Position numbers and translations under genes: made by a program. A DNA stretch of 64,000 nt from a virus (Duplodnaviria; Caudoviricetes): the IMG/VR virus record IMGVR_UViG_3300001335_000583, positions 1-64,000 of that record. The stretch is one strand, 5' to 3'. Position 1 is the first letter of the stretch, and every line of letters begins with the position of its first letter. The notes below the pieces were generated by a model. It was not told where the DNA came from and did not search any database. It worked only from the letters and a program-made list of their open reading frames with translations. Positions 24,701-38,100 of this stretch are shown here, in pieces.

Positions 24701-27700
24701 GGATGGAAGAGTCTGTACAACATCTCACTACCATGCTGGAAAGATACAAACGGAACATCCAGTCTGAAAGTGTGAATAAGCCAGATCCTACTCCCTCCTC
24801 TCAACAGCCTAAAAACAGGGGAGAAGAGTAGAAGTAGAGTGACTCTGAAGCACCCAGCCTATTTTCTCAATTTGCAGAAGATGAAGGGGAACCTGGAAAA
24901 GAAGCTTGGGAAAAAGAGGAAAAACCTTTGGTTTCTACTCCTGCAGAGACAGACCCTGTATTAGCTCCTTTTATACAGGCAAAATCAGAAGAACTGGAAA
25001 AAATAGCTGCTGGAAAGAATATTCCGGAAGAGTTATCTGATAAAAAGCCTACAGAAGATTTAAATAAACAGAGAGAAGAGATTGAGAGAAAGAGAAAAGA
25101 GGAATTAAACAGCATTATTGTTAATACAAATAACGAGGGAAAAACTAAATCATTATCTGAATTTAATGATGGAGATTATATTGTAAATACAGACAATGGT
25201 AAAGAGTATGAAGTTATTAACAAAAGTAATACAAAGGTAAAACTTAGACCAATTGATACAAATTTTCAGGAAATACATGATTCTGATGGGGGGAATTTTA
25301 TTTTAAAACCTATAAATACAGATAAAGAACAAGCTGAGAAAATCAACGAGAAGTATGATTTAGAATTAGCAGAGCTGAATAAAGTAAGCAAAACTACAGA
25401 AGCTCCAAATGCAGAGTAGAGGAGTTATCAGGAAATAGCAAAAAGAACTTTGCAATCAAGGCAGGCTCCACCTGTGGCAGAAAGCAGTGAACAACCTGAT
25501 TTGAAACCTATCGAAGATGCCCAGAAACAAGCAGTAGAAGGTCTTAGAAGTTTTATTGCCACCAAGTATGACTATAATCTTCTGAAAGACCCTGCTTTAA
25601 GGCAAAAAAGCAAGTACCAGATTCAGGACAAACAGACAGGAGAGTGGATAACTCCCCCCAACGTGAAGTTTGTAGATGATCTGGGAGCCTTTGATTTTGT
25701 AGATGATGGACGTTTGGAAAAAGTTGTTTCTCAAAATCCCCAGACTGCCATAAAATACGTGGTTACTAACGATGAAAACTTCAGGGATAACACTGGGAAT
25801 CCTCATGTACTTTTAGCCATAGAGGTAACTGAAGATATGAAGAAATCCGGGGAGATTGCTTTCCAGATTTTTGAAGGATCTGATGGTAAACAGTACCAGG
25901 CTGTAGGGGCATTATGGCCTCAAAAGACTGAAGACAATGACTTTGTACCTGAATCTGTAGCACAGTACAATATTATTAAGAAGAAGTTACAGAAAGAGTA
26001 TAACCAGACGGAAGGGGCTCCTAAATTCTACGTGTCTCCCTCTTTTAATAATCAGGTGAAACATATTTACAGTGGCAGGATGGTTAATTCCCAGGAAGGG
26101 GAGATGCCTGCAGAGAAACCTTTGAAAGAGTTGGTTAAGGATTCAAATGCTCCTTTACACCTGGGATTCTATTACAGTCCTGTCAACTTCAAAACTCCTA
26201 CATTGGGAGAAAATGCTAAAGTTGCATAGCCTAATATGAATAATTCCAACCCCAGGGAAGGCTCTGTATGGATTATGACCCAGGGAGCAGATGGGGTGTA
26301 TTATCCCAAAGCTTTAACAGTTAAGAGGTTTAATGCAGATGAATTTGACTTGAAGCAAAAAGCTGATTCTCCTATAGTTCAAGAGTTGCTTCAACACTTG
26401 GAAATCCTGAGTGACCCAACCAAAGGAAAGTATGAGAGATCCTTGGCTAAATTTGCTATTGAAGACATCCTTCATTTTGATAAAGAGGGAACCAGACTAT
26501 TATTTGTAGAAGGTTCTGATGTAGTATCCCTTTCAGGAATGGAGAATAATATAGGACAAGGCCTTGATCCCAAGCAAAAAGCTCAGGTGCTTTTAGGCAA
26601 ACTGCATGATCTGAATCTGAGGTTTCAGATACAACCCTCCAGGATTACAGAGTCCAGGTACAAACAACAGTTACTTGATTCTGATATACTTACCACCAAC
26701 CTGGCTCAACTGCAAAATGTAAATGCCAGCTTTGATATGTATTACCATAATGCCGATGGTACTCCTGTTATTACACAAAAGGAGACTACCACAGGGCACA
26801 GGGGTAAAACAGGTATCCAGTCTCATTTAAATAAACAGGCTGTATTGTTCGAGGGGAAACAGTATCATATTACAGAAGGGGGCCAGGTAGTCCGGGGAGA
26901 TAAAGAAATAACTGACTCTGCTTTAAAAGAGTATATCCTATTTATGTCCAGGTTGCAGGCTATTGATTCTGAGCAAAAACCCAACCCGGATTATACACAC
27001 AAGGGAATAAGTTTGTATCTTTATACCAACGCCAAAGGGGAAGAAATAGGAGTTGTTTCTGATGGAGGAACTCTTAACTCTAAACCTCTCAAAGGCCAAA
27101 AGTTACAAGAAAAGAAAGCAACTATGAAGAAACAAACGGAACAAACAGAGAAAGAAATCACCCTGAGTGCCAAAGCTAACACGGAAGGACAAAGTTTATT
27201 TGAACTTTTAGGATTATCTATTGAAAATGATAATAATGAAAGGAGCAGACAAGACATTCATGATGACTCTGTTTTACATGGAGCAGTAAACGGTTTTAAT
27301 GTTAAGAAGTCTGAAAAATCTTATGAAACTGCTGTTGACCTGAGAGGTGAGCGTTATAGGGGTAAAGTACCTCTTGATAAGGAGGGGCAACATTTCCAAT
27401 TTAAGGAAGATGTAGAAGGAGGATCAATATACCATGCTGGGGTAACATTGTATGATAGGCAACGTGGTGCTGGAATGGGATATGTAGCATATAGTGTAAA
27501 GGTTGGAAATGATTCTAACCTGACAGATGCCCAGATATATGATATATTAAATAATAATTTAACAACTGCCATAAGTGGTATGACAGATTCTAAAGGGCAG
27601 ATGAGAACCGATGCATCATTAAAATCTATTGAAAAAAGTAAAGTGTTATCCCCGAAAGAAAGCACTGCTCAAGAAGAGACAGAAGGCAGCTTATTTTCAA

Positions 27701-28014
27701 GTATTCCAGAGGAGTCTTCTGCAGAAGAGGCACAGACTCCAGTACTGCAGACACCTTCTAAAACTCCTAAGGCAGAGGAGAAGTCCAGGGAAGAGTTAAA
27801 CAAGGCAAAGAATCAGGTAACTTTCCGTTCACTTATGTTTTCTTCTCCAGCTAATAAGGCTAAGGTGCAAGAAGCTATGAGTAAGGTAGGGGGAGGTTTA
27901 CCGGGGTTAATAGCCTTTATTAATAATCCTGCTAACAGTTTACCCAGTGTAGAGAGTATAAATAGTCAGGAAGCTTTTGACAGTTTGTTAAACACCATTA
28001 TAGACTGTAGATAA
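21781..28014 (+). CDS. giant ejected cargo/structural protein, 2077 aa (TAG=Gln)
   Basis: Seven track ORFs share one frame, joined by 8 TAG. Hydrophobic N-terminal helices (GDKFLKNFGFVVGA, NAAMGEGRIEA, FMEAQEEMSQ), TAA 28012-28014. Confidence 0.8.
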
Positions 28015-28025
28015 GCCAAACAGAT

Positions 28026-28066
28026 AAAAAAAATAAGGGGAGTGATTAATTTCACTCCCCTTTTTT
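28026..28066. terminator. bidirectional intrinsic terminator between convergent cargo genes
   Basis: A run, AAGGGGAGTGA-loop-TCACTCCCCTT, T run. Confidence 0.85.
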
Positions 28067-28067
28067 A

Positions 28068-31000
28068 TTACTTGTTAAACATGGTAAACATGTAATCTTC
28101 TTCTGTAATATCCTTTACTTTCCTTGCCTAACCAAGAATAGGCATTAGTCTCATCAGGTTAACCCAATATTCATTCTATCCCTTGTACCTGCCTCCCTCT
28201 ATCTCGTTAAAGATACTAGTGATGTTCAGCAGGTTTATAAGATTATCAGCCTGTTTCACTGCAGGCATGGGGGTCTAAACCAGGGTCAGCCAGTTTTTAA
28301 TAAAATCTGTCCATGGAACAGAGACTCCCACTTCCACCTTTAGCCTTTTTAACTGGTATAAAAGCATCCTTTCTGCCCACTTGCCTTTCCTGTCCTTTTC
28401 CGGGCCAGCCAGTGCCAGTAACATTTTTAACACGGCAAATATACCTATCTCTGTCAGGGATCTTTTCAGGTTGGCTTTTTCATGAGGATTAAGCTGCTTC
28501 CAGTGCGTGGCCATTTCAAACTTAGCCCGCACCAGGTCTTTTACCAGGTTCTGGGTAAATCTCCAGGCTGTATTGTAATAACCTTCCCTGTATTGACCCA
28601 GCTAAGCATCGTAATAAGTACCTGCAAGTCTCCTGCTGAAGTGTCCTACCATCCACTGCCTGAACTGCATAGCCAGTCTGGCTAATACATACTGGTGTAC
28701 TGCCCCCTTATCCTCCGCATTAAATGCCCCGTTAAGAGCCTGATTCACCTTACCTATTTTAAACCTTAACTGGGTAATGGTATCATCGGTAAGTTCACTT
28801 CCATCCAGGTTCCTCACTCCCTCTTTAAGCTTTAACCTTCCTCCCAGATTTTTACCATCCACGATGTGTTTCTCTACTTCAAATGCTTCAAACAGGGACA
28901 TGACTTGTCCTCTCCTATCCTTTACCTTGTAGTTATTTAAAAGAGCCAGCATAGTCCTGTTGTGCAGGTAATGTTCTCCAGCCCTGTTTAAAAAAAATAG
29001 AGTACTGTTTCCAAAGATCCTGGCTAGTTTACTTTTATAGTAGTTTTGTCTCCTTAACTCCGCATAAAAATCCTCAAGGGAATCAAATTTTTCACTCAAC
29101 AAGGCCAGCTTACTGGATACTTTTGTAGAGTTCAGTTCTGCCAAAGCTTCGGGAATTAAAGCAAAGTAGTTTTTAGTGCCCACGATAAAGTCTTTGGCAG
29201 TGTAATATTCCCCACCAGCAGCTTCTATCAAGGCCTGTACATCTCCCACTATGACGTTGCCTATACCAGAGAAAAGGTTCACCCCAAGGTTGATCACGCT
29301 GGACATGTGTTTCAAAGTATCCCCTGTTTTGGCAGTATTAACACTGGTTCCTTTAATATTTGTTCCCTCATTTTTATACTTGCCATAGATGACCTGGGTG
29401 TAATAGTCATTTAGCCTGGCTCCTATAGCAGTTTTTGCACCTTCTTCTGTATACTTCTTACTGAAGGTTTTATTCATAATTTTGAAAAACTCTACCACTT
29501 TATGATCTCCAGACATTTGCTGAACCTTTCTCTCTTGCACCAGATCCCTGGTTAATTCAAGGGCATCTATAATCTTGTTTAGCTAAAAATAGTTCGTAGC
29601 CATACCTGAATAGGCAACCAGGGAAGAGGTAAAGTCTGTACTGAGCATATCCATATCCTTTAAAGGAGAGGTGTAATACACCGGTAATTTCTATACATCT
29701 TTTCCTGCAAAATCTCTCATAACAGTCTTGTATTCATCCGTCAGGTTAAAGCCATCTTCTTCAGTAAGCATGGCTCCAAAGTCTACATCATCCTCCCTGC
29801 GCATGAACTTTTCCTTTATATTTTCCACCACGATCTTGGCAGCTTTTTTAGGATCATTCAGGTTACCCGTAACTGCTTCCATCATGTCCTTTCTAATCTG
29901 GACAGCATTATATAACCCTACATATCTTTGAGGCAAGAAAGAGTCCATAGCAGCTTTAATCCGGATCATATTGTCATAATACTCTCTCTATACGGGGTTG
30001 AGTTTACCAATAACCTCTTTTTTGTATAGAACTGGATCTGGAAGTATCTCTACTCTTCCTTCCTTCTTATCCACAACTACAGCTTTGGTTCTGGAAGCTT
30101 CCCAACCCTGCATCCTAACCATGATGGTATACCCATCTGTGGTATTCTTTTTGATCTGTTTTTTAAACTCTGCCTTCTCTTTCTCGAAGCGAATAAAATC
30201 TATATCACTGATGATCCTGCCGGTAAGGTTCCCATTCTCATCTCTTTCATACATGAAGTTGGTATCTTCACCACTTCTGCTTAACTTGTTGTGGTGGCCC
30301 CTAATTTCATACAAGAGATCTTCCAGGACAGCACCCCTGTTTGCATTGGCTGTCTTTACCACCTTATCTACCAGAGATAACATGGGGTCAGAAGCATCTC
30401 CCAAAGAACTTAACCACCTGTCTGCAATACCTATATCTTTCATGGCCATATCCATGATCAGTTCCAGGGTAACTTTTTGACCTTTATCCTTTCCTACCTG
30501 TATGATCTTATCCTCTCCCCAGTACAGTTTCAAAAAGTTAAAAACCGTGTTAAACCTGTTACTTCTATACTGGTTCTATACATCAGAGATAGTCCTGTCC
30601 AAATCCGCAGCCAGTGCACTTATTTTAGCGGCATCTTCCGTGGTTAAATCTATCTCTCCCCTTTGTTGCATCTTATCTATGATGGATAGATTTTTAATGA
30701 TAGGGGCATACCCATCTGTAAACTCCTTGATACCCCTTAGAATCTGACTCATGCGGGATATTTTAGAGAGGTCTGAGTTGGACCTTCCATCCTGTGAGGG
30801 ATCTGTCAGAGTTTTAAACTGTTGATTCAGGCTGTCTATAACTTCTGTAGCATCTTTAAGAAAAGATAACAAGCTCAGGTTATACTGCTTCTTATCTGCA
30901 GTGTTTTGCAAGTTTTTAACAAGGGCTACCTCTTTGGCAGTAAACTGCTTGTTCTTACTTCTCAGCTATGCTATTTTAAGTCTCCTGCTAACCAATTCTA

Positions 31001-32099
31001 AGGCATCTCTAGAGAGTTTCTCCAGGTTGGTGATGTCTTGCCCCACCTTGTATAACTTAGAGGCCTTAGTGAGCTAATTTCCATCAAACAGGGGCAAGAT
31101 AGATTCATCCATAACAGCACTTGCTAACCTGGCAAATCCCTAGTTGGCTTCATTGATAGCTTCGTCTATATCAGTAACCTGTAACTACCCAAAAATTCTT
31201 TTAACCCTGTCCCATAACCTGCCTATAAGATTCTTTCTCTCTTTATTAACACCCTGGTTGATTATCTGCCTGGCCAACATTTTACCTGCAGCCTCTTTTT
31301 GCATGAGTAAAGTGTTTCCATTATATAGCTTAAAATAAGAATCATACTGTTCTCCCAGTACTTCTCTCTGTATTTCCTCTCCCTGTAAAGAATCTACCAA
31401 CCTTTTAACCAGGGGTTCTCTCATAAGACCTTCTATGATTAAATGACTGAACTCTTCAGGAAAAGCCTCTTCTCCCCTTTGCCCTTTAGCAATCTGTATG
31501 ATCTTTCTCAATCCCTCTGCTGTAGTTTCTGCATTTAAAGGATCAAACACGCCATCATGGGTGGGGTTATTAATAACTTCCGCGTCAAACCCCAACCTTT
31601 TCATAATGTTTCTCAGCCTGTTATTCAGGTTATTTTTGAACATTAATTCATTAGGAACTTCTGAGTTAACGGGAGTTTTGTAATCCACCTGGATACCATA
31701 CTTTCCTATGTTCTTATGAATAGAAGCTACCAGTGTCGGGTTGTTCTGATTAAAGTCATTTACCCTCCCAATGATTTCATCAAAAGAGTTGTACTCCACG
31801 GGGTTATTGTTACTGTTAACAGCCCCTATATCTCTTTTCTATGCTAAAAGAGACGTTTTACCCTGAACAATATTTTCAATATTCAAAGCTTTATTAAGTG
31901 ACTCCAGGGTAGGTTCGCCATTTTCATCTCTTTGAATGCCTTGTAAAGTCTCCACATACTCGGGTATTTGAGTTATAGCCCAAAGGTATTTAGACTCTTC
32001 TCTGCTTCCTGTAAAAGAGAGTAAGTCCCGAAATAACTTACTCTCTACTTCTTTTCCACCTACCTTCACGGTAGGTATATAAATGCAACTATTTCCCAT
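28068..32099 (-). CDS. large ejected RNAP-associated cargo protein, 1343 aa (TAG=Gln)
   Basis: Seven track ORFs share one frame, about 13 TAG. MGNSCIY...FPEEFSH...DRWLSSLGDASDP...QFRQWM...QYREGYY. TAA at 28068-28070. Confidence 0.8.
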
Positions 32100-32100
32100 A

Positions 32101-35100
32101 TCAACATATCTTTTCTAATATTTTTTCCAACCTGTTTCTAACTTCTTTATCTGTCTGATGACTTAACTCCTGTTGTACCAGCTCTGCATACTTTTGCTTG
32201 ACCATCTCTTTGTTTCCTTCCTGTTGTATTTGCTTTAACTCAACAGCATCGGTAGGACTGAGTATATCATTTACCACCCAGTTAAAATCAGCAATTTTCT
32301 CCTGATTGGAGTATCCATCCCCTTCCTGACTTTTAGCAGGTATAGCCTCTGCCTCTTCTGTCTCGAAGATGTAGCTATCTACAGAGGTAACCATATCCTC
32401 ACTATTGACATTACCATCATACTCCAGGAAGTTGTTTGGATTTCCCAATACACCGCCCTTAACCATTTTATAGACTACTTCATCCCTGTTGTTGCTATAG
32501 ACTTCATATAAATTATCCCTGTACCAGATCATGGGAGTGTATTGAATACCTTCCATATCTTCCTTGATAATAATGTTTCTAATGCCTGCCCGGGTTTTAG
32601 TCACAGGAATATGAATGTAATTAGTGTCATTTGCATGCCTGTGGTTTATGCTGATTTTATTAGTCTCGGGCAATACAGGAACTAACCTGGGATCTTTTGC
32701 ATGATTTCTTCTGAACATGTGTAAGAAGTTGGTAAAGTTAAATTCCAGATCCCTGTAATCAGTATCCCTGATAGCATCAATGTATCCCTGTACAGCAGCT
32801 TTAACTTCAGAGGAAGCCAGGTGAGTAAAGGATTTAGGGCTAAAACCAAAACCACTTCTTAACACGTTATAGAAGAAAAGATCTATACCTACCTGCCTGG
32901 TTTCTGGATTTTCTATCAGGGTAGTCCAGGCATCTTTAATTCTCCCCTGCATATCTGCAGTAAACCCACCTGTCTTAGCTTCCAGGGTAGGCACAGGCAC
33001 CCTGTTGTTGCTGGGCACTGTAACAATAATATTGATCAGGTCATTGTCTATAACTCCCTGTGCTTTCTCTTTAAACTTCAGGGGGAATTTCTTAATCAAC
33101 CGGTCTCTCTCCTCTTTACTCGTGTTAAATACAGGGGCTTTGGTAATTACCTAACCATTTACAAGCTCTTCCGAAGCAGTAGTTAACTTGTATAAAACAA
33201 AGTCGTTTACAAGCTTGTTGATGATTTTACTATCTAAGGGAGCTTTAACGGTATCCCTAAGTGTTTGCAACACCATGGTAAAAGCCGTGTTGTAATGAGG
33301 AAAATACTGCTTAAAAAACAGCCTTGAAGCTCCCTGTTCTCCTATGGTAGTAGAGTAAAAAGCCTTTAGAATGGGAGAATTTTCCAACATGGTTAAGACT
33401 TCTCCTGCATCAAAAGAGCCTCCCTCTGCCATATCTTTGATAAACTTCTCGAACCTGTGTTCCAGTACCAGTGTATCTGCAACTAATGGACCAGGGCTAT
33501 TACTGGAAGAGTTGAACTTGGTCACAAAGGTGAGATTATTCAAGTCCCTGCTCAGGTTCAAAAGCCTTTTAAGCAACAGGGCTGTCTGGGCCTGAAAGGT
33601 AGTATCCAGCAATCCTTTGGATAACTCTTCTGCCAGAGCCTTTTTGGTAAAAGGTTGTTGAGTCAATCCCTGTTCCAGATCATCTGCATTTACACTCAAC
33701 CCCTCTAAAACAGTGTCAATGATATCTTCAGCAGAAGTGTAACCTTCGTTATTTCTCCTGAAATATTCATCTGTAATTTTTTCAATAATAGGTTGAGTCA
33801 TAAGCAAAGCTATACTATCTTCATCAAATCCCAATCTGGCTAACACCATAGATGGGCCTGCAGTAAGGATATTTAAATTCAGATAGTTTAACACGGGATC
33901 TTTAACAGCATCTACAGAAGCTGCCAGGAAGCTGGCTATTCTTTTACTGAGAAAATTACCATTCTTATCTGCAATAGGGTCTATCTTTGCTCTTTTCGCA
34001 CTGTTAATCTCTCTTCCGTCAAAGGTAAACTCGTTATCCCCAGGGTAGAGGTACATCTCCTGCATGGATATAAAACCATGGCTCACGTTGTTATTGGCAA
34101 AGATACCAATCAACTTGGCAGCAGTCATGTTCTGTCGGAAAAGATAGGTCTGTGAACTGGGATGTAAAATACTCATTTCTGTTCCCTTGCCTTCTACCTT
34201 CTTTAATTCATCTAAAGACATCTGGGAGAGCTGTTCATAAAAGTAAGACGGGTTGGATTTTACAATGTTGATAATCCTGGCACTCTTTTTTAAAGTATCA
34301 AAAGATCCCGGGTTAAACATCTTACTCATGGTATCAGGACGGGTCAGCACTTCCCATTGTATGTCAAAAATCCTGTTGTTCCTGCCGGCTTTGTTCATTA
34401 CCAGGGGATTCCCCTGATCATCTTTTTTGATCTTCTTTTCAGAGAACCTGACCGAGGTGTACTTAGTCTTGTTATTATTATAAAAATTATAGATAGCATC
34501 TCCCAGGGTACCTTTTTCAAAATCTGTTTTACCCTGTTGCATCTCTGCTATAACTTCATAAGCCTGTGTTTTGAAAGTATCCCTGTTAACCTATTCTGGT
34601 TTATTCTTTAAAATATCTGCTACAAGAATAGTTGCGTTGATTTTTTCTTCTTTATAAAACTCCTTAACTATAGCATATACTTTATCTATGTCAAAGTCAG
34701 AACCAGACAAAAGAGTGATTTCCCTGGGCAACATGATAGATTCTCCACTGGCCCTGGGCATGAATCCTTTAATTTTCATGGGAAACATGGAGTACTTATC
34801 TTCCGTGGGAATCCTGTATCCAATAGATTTAAGCTATTCTTCATTAAGAATACCTGCTTTTACAGCCTCTTCCACGGTCATTAAAGTACCATCCGGCTTT
34901 GTTAAAGCCTGTTGCATGGCTTCAGAAGGCATGGGCATGTATACTTCAAAATAGGCTACAGAGTGCTGATTATTTTTTATATAGTCAGCATAAGCCGCAT
35001 CTACATTGGTTCCTTCAGGAACTTTTTTAGCAAATTCTACTTTGGTTTTAAGCAGTTTTCCTTTAGAATCTCTCCATCTGATCTGTAAATCTTCACTTAA

Positions 35101-38100
35101 CCCAAAGCTGGATAACTGTACCAGGGGTCCCCCAGCTATTTTCTGCTTGTTAATCCTGCTTTTAATGATGGAATTTATTAGTTGCTGAATCCTAACAGAG
35201 TGGATAGGATCACTAAGAGGGATAACAAAATCTCCATTCTCTATAGATACAGCCCTGATCAGGTCTGCTCCATACCTCTGATCCTTTCTCATGGCATCAA
35301 TCAGTAGTTTGGATATGGCTTCCCTCTGTTTTACAGGATCAGAATCTTCCAGTTTAAGATCCTCTACTAAAGTATCAAAACTTTCCTGAATATTATCTGC
35401 TATAAGATTTTGGTACTCCTTGATTAAAGGTCTCAATGTTTCATCCTGTACATCACTGATAGATAAGATCCTGTTCTGCGTACCCATCAAAGACATCTCA
35501 TCCCTGAAGTGGTCAGGAACTTCCTGCTGTATAGCATAGTCTTTAAAGGGAATGTTATGTACAAAATTATTATTGTAGATATCACTTGCATTGGCAGTAT
35601 CTTCAGAATGGTTTTCATTGTAGTAGGTATTTCTTTCCAACCTCTCTATAATCTCACCCACGCTGTTTAAATCATTAACATCAATACTGCCTTGCAACCC
35701 GGATTTAACAGCAGATTCAAACTGGACAGTATCTATCCCTTTGCCATTATAGATTCCTTTATTCAGGATGGTTCCTTCTTTTTCACCCTCTACAGCTTTT
35801 CTTAAAAACTTGTTATCCCTGTAAACCTTGCCATCCCTGACTACTTCCCTTCCATTATAAGCAGAGCTTTCCATGAATTCAAATATAGCAGTCAGCTTGT
35901 TGGGTTTGTTCCCCCCTCTCATAAGGGCATCTGCTAAAATAAGCAAATGTTCACTATTCTTATTTTGCACAGGAACCTTGATCCTGCTCATAGCAGAAGC
36001 CCCTGTACTTTTACCTATCTGGGAATATACAAAAGGTTTCAAAGGTTGCCATAGTACTCCCAGATCATCCAGATCAAAGTTTCCCTGGGTGATTCTGTCA
36101 TAAGCCTCTTCCATGGTACTGTCCCATCTGCCTGCCATACCTGCCTTTTTCCTGTAAGAAGTGGGAGAAGAATATCCCTGGGCATCTGTCACATTGACCT
36201 TTTCAAAAGAGATCAAGATCAAATCCATCATCTTCTTGAATTCATCCTTTTGACCTGCTGGAATTTGACTCATTCTCTCTTGAAAGACCTGTCGTATGTT
36301 CTCGATAATATCTGATTTAATCAGTTCATCCTTGAGATAAATGGTTCTTTCTATGCCATCTGCAGAATACTTATTTCCCTTGTTATCCACGACAGATGTA
36401 TTTGATCTTAAACCAGGGGAGTGTACCTGTGCAAACCTCTTTTGAAAATCTGTAATACCATCATAGTAAGCCAGATCTGTTACAGACAGCTAAATTATAT
36501 TGATAGAGGCGAACATATCGTTCCATACATACTCCTCCATGGCTTTGTCTATCTCCTCTTTGGTATTTCCTACCTGATTCAGGTATTTAAATCGTGTCTT
36601 TTCTACATTCTCTTTTTTCTTTGTTTCAGGATCTACAGACAGGACATGATAAGTTTCTGTTTCATAAAGTCCCAACCCTTCCAAAGCTGCTATCTCCTTG
36701 GCAACTTGAGCATCCATATAGGTATAAAGAGACTGCTCCAGGGCCTGGTTTAAAGTACTTTCAAAGATAGGTTCTGTTTTTAACCCTTGTTCTTTTAAAG
36801 CTTGCTCTTCTTGAGATAAAACCCTGTTATCCCCGTTAATTTTAGAGATAATCATCTAACCTAAAGGAGTCCCTGTTAAAAGTTCCTGGTTTAACCCCGG
36901 TAAGAAATTAAACTACATTCCCCTGGATTTAAACCTGAACTGTCCATTTTGAACCAGATCAGAAAGGTTCGGGGGTTTTCCCTCTTTGAGTTTATCTATA
37001 ACATCTTGATTAAGGGCAATGTCTTCCTCGCTGATATTGTAGTTCTTAATGGCTTTAAAGTCCCCTTTGGCTGCCATCTCCAATACAGTTTTGATACGCA
37101 TGATCTCCTGATCAAATACATTTTTAAGACCGTGTATTATATCCTCTTTGTACTTGGTAGAAGCGTATCTTTTAAACTTGATGAATTCAGAGGAGGGCTT
37201 ATCTGACAATATAGGAACCCTGTACCAGGCATATTTTTTATTCTTCTGGTCATAAAAGTACTCTCTAAGCATGGACAGGGCGTAAAAAGCAGGGCTTAAC
37301 TCCTTATAAACAGTCTTGTTAAAAGAGAGTTGTACCTTATGCTATAGTTCCCTTCTTAAATTAGGGGTACTGTCTAAAAGTTGTAACCATTCATTTTTCC
37401 AGACATTTCCGTCTTTGAAAAATCTGTATTGTCTGAATTCTTTCTGGAGATAATCCTTGAATTTATTCTCATTTTTCAGGGAATCACTCAGGTTTCTCAG
37501 CAGGCCCCCCATGTAAGAGGGAGTTACAAAAGAGTAGTACATCTTGCCCCCCTCATACGTGGAGGACTCTATAAAACTCGTTACAAAAGGAGACAGTATG
37601 TCTACAATCCTACGATAGTTTTGATAGACATTACCAGCGGTTTCTTCCTTATCCATAGGATTATAATCCTTCCTGTTAACATTGTTTAACAGGGTATCTG
37701 CTATATGAGTGGCTTGATTTAATAAAGCCTGTACATTGGTTGTACTGATATTTCTTTTCTTATGATCTCCCTGCAGGGCATCCTTTAAGATTTTCTGATC
37801 TACACGAACTCCCAAATCATTTAAAAGAGATACTATCTTGGGAATATTCTTATCAATGGCTTTCTTAAAAGACTCGGTAGTTCTGAAATTATCCAGCAAA
37901 TCTTTATTTATCCCCAAAATCTCTCCCTTTAGGGTCTGTACTTTAACCCTGTTTACCTGCCCCTTACCTTGTACAATATCTAAGGTCTGGATAAGAGTTT
38001 TAACAGCCCCTATCTTGAAATCAGAAACAATATCATCCAGCATCTGTTTAGAGGCCTCTTTGGTATTTATAATCTATGTATCAAAAGAGATGCTGCCATC

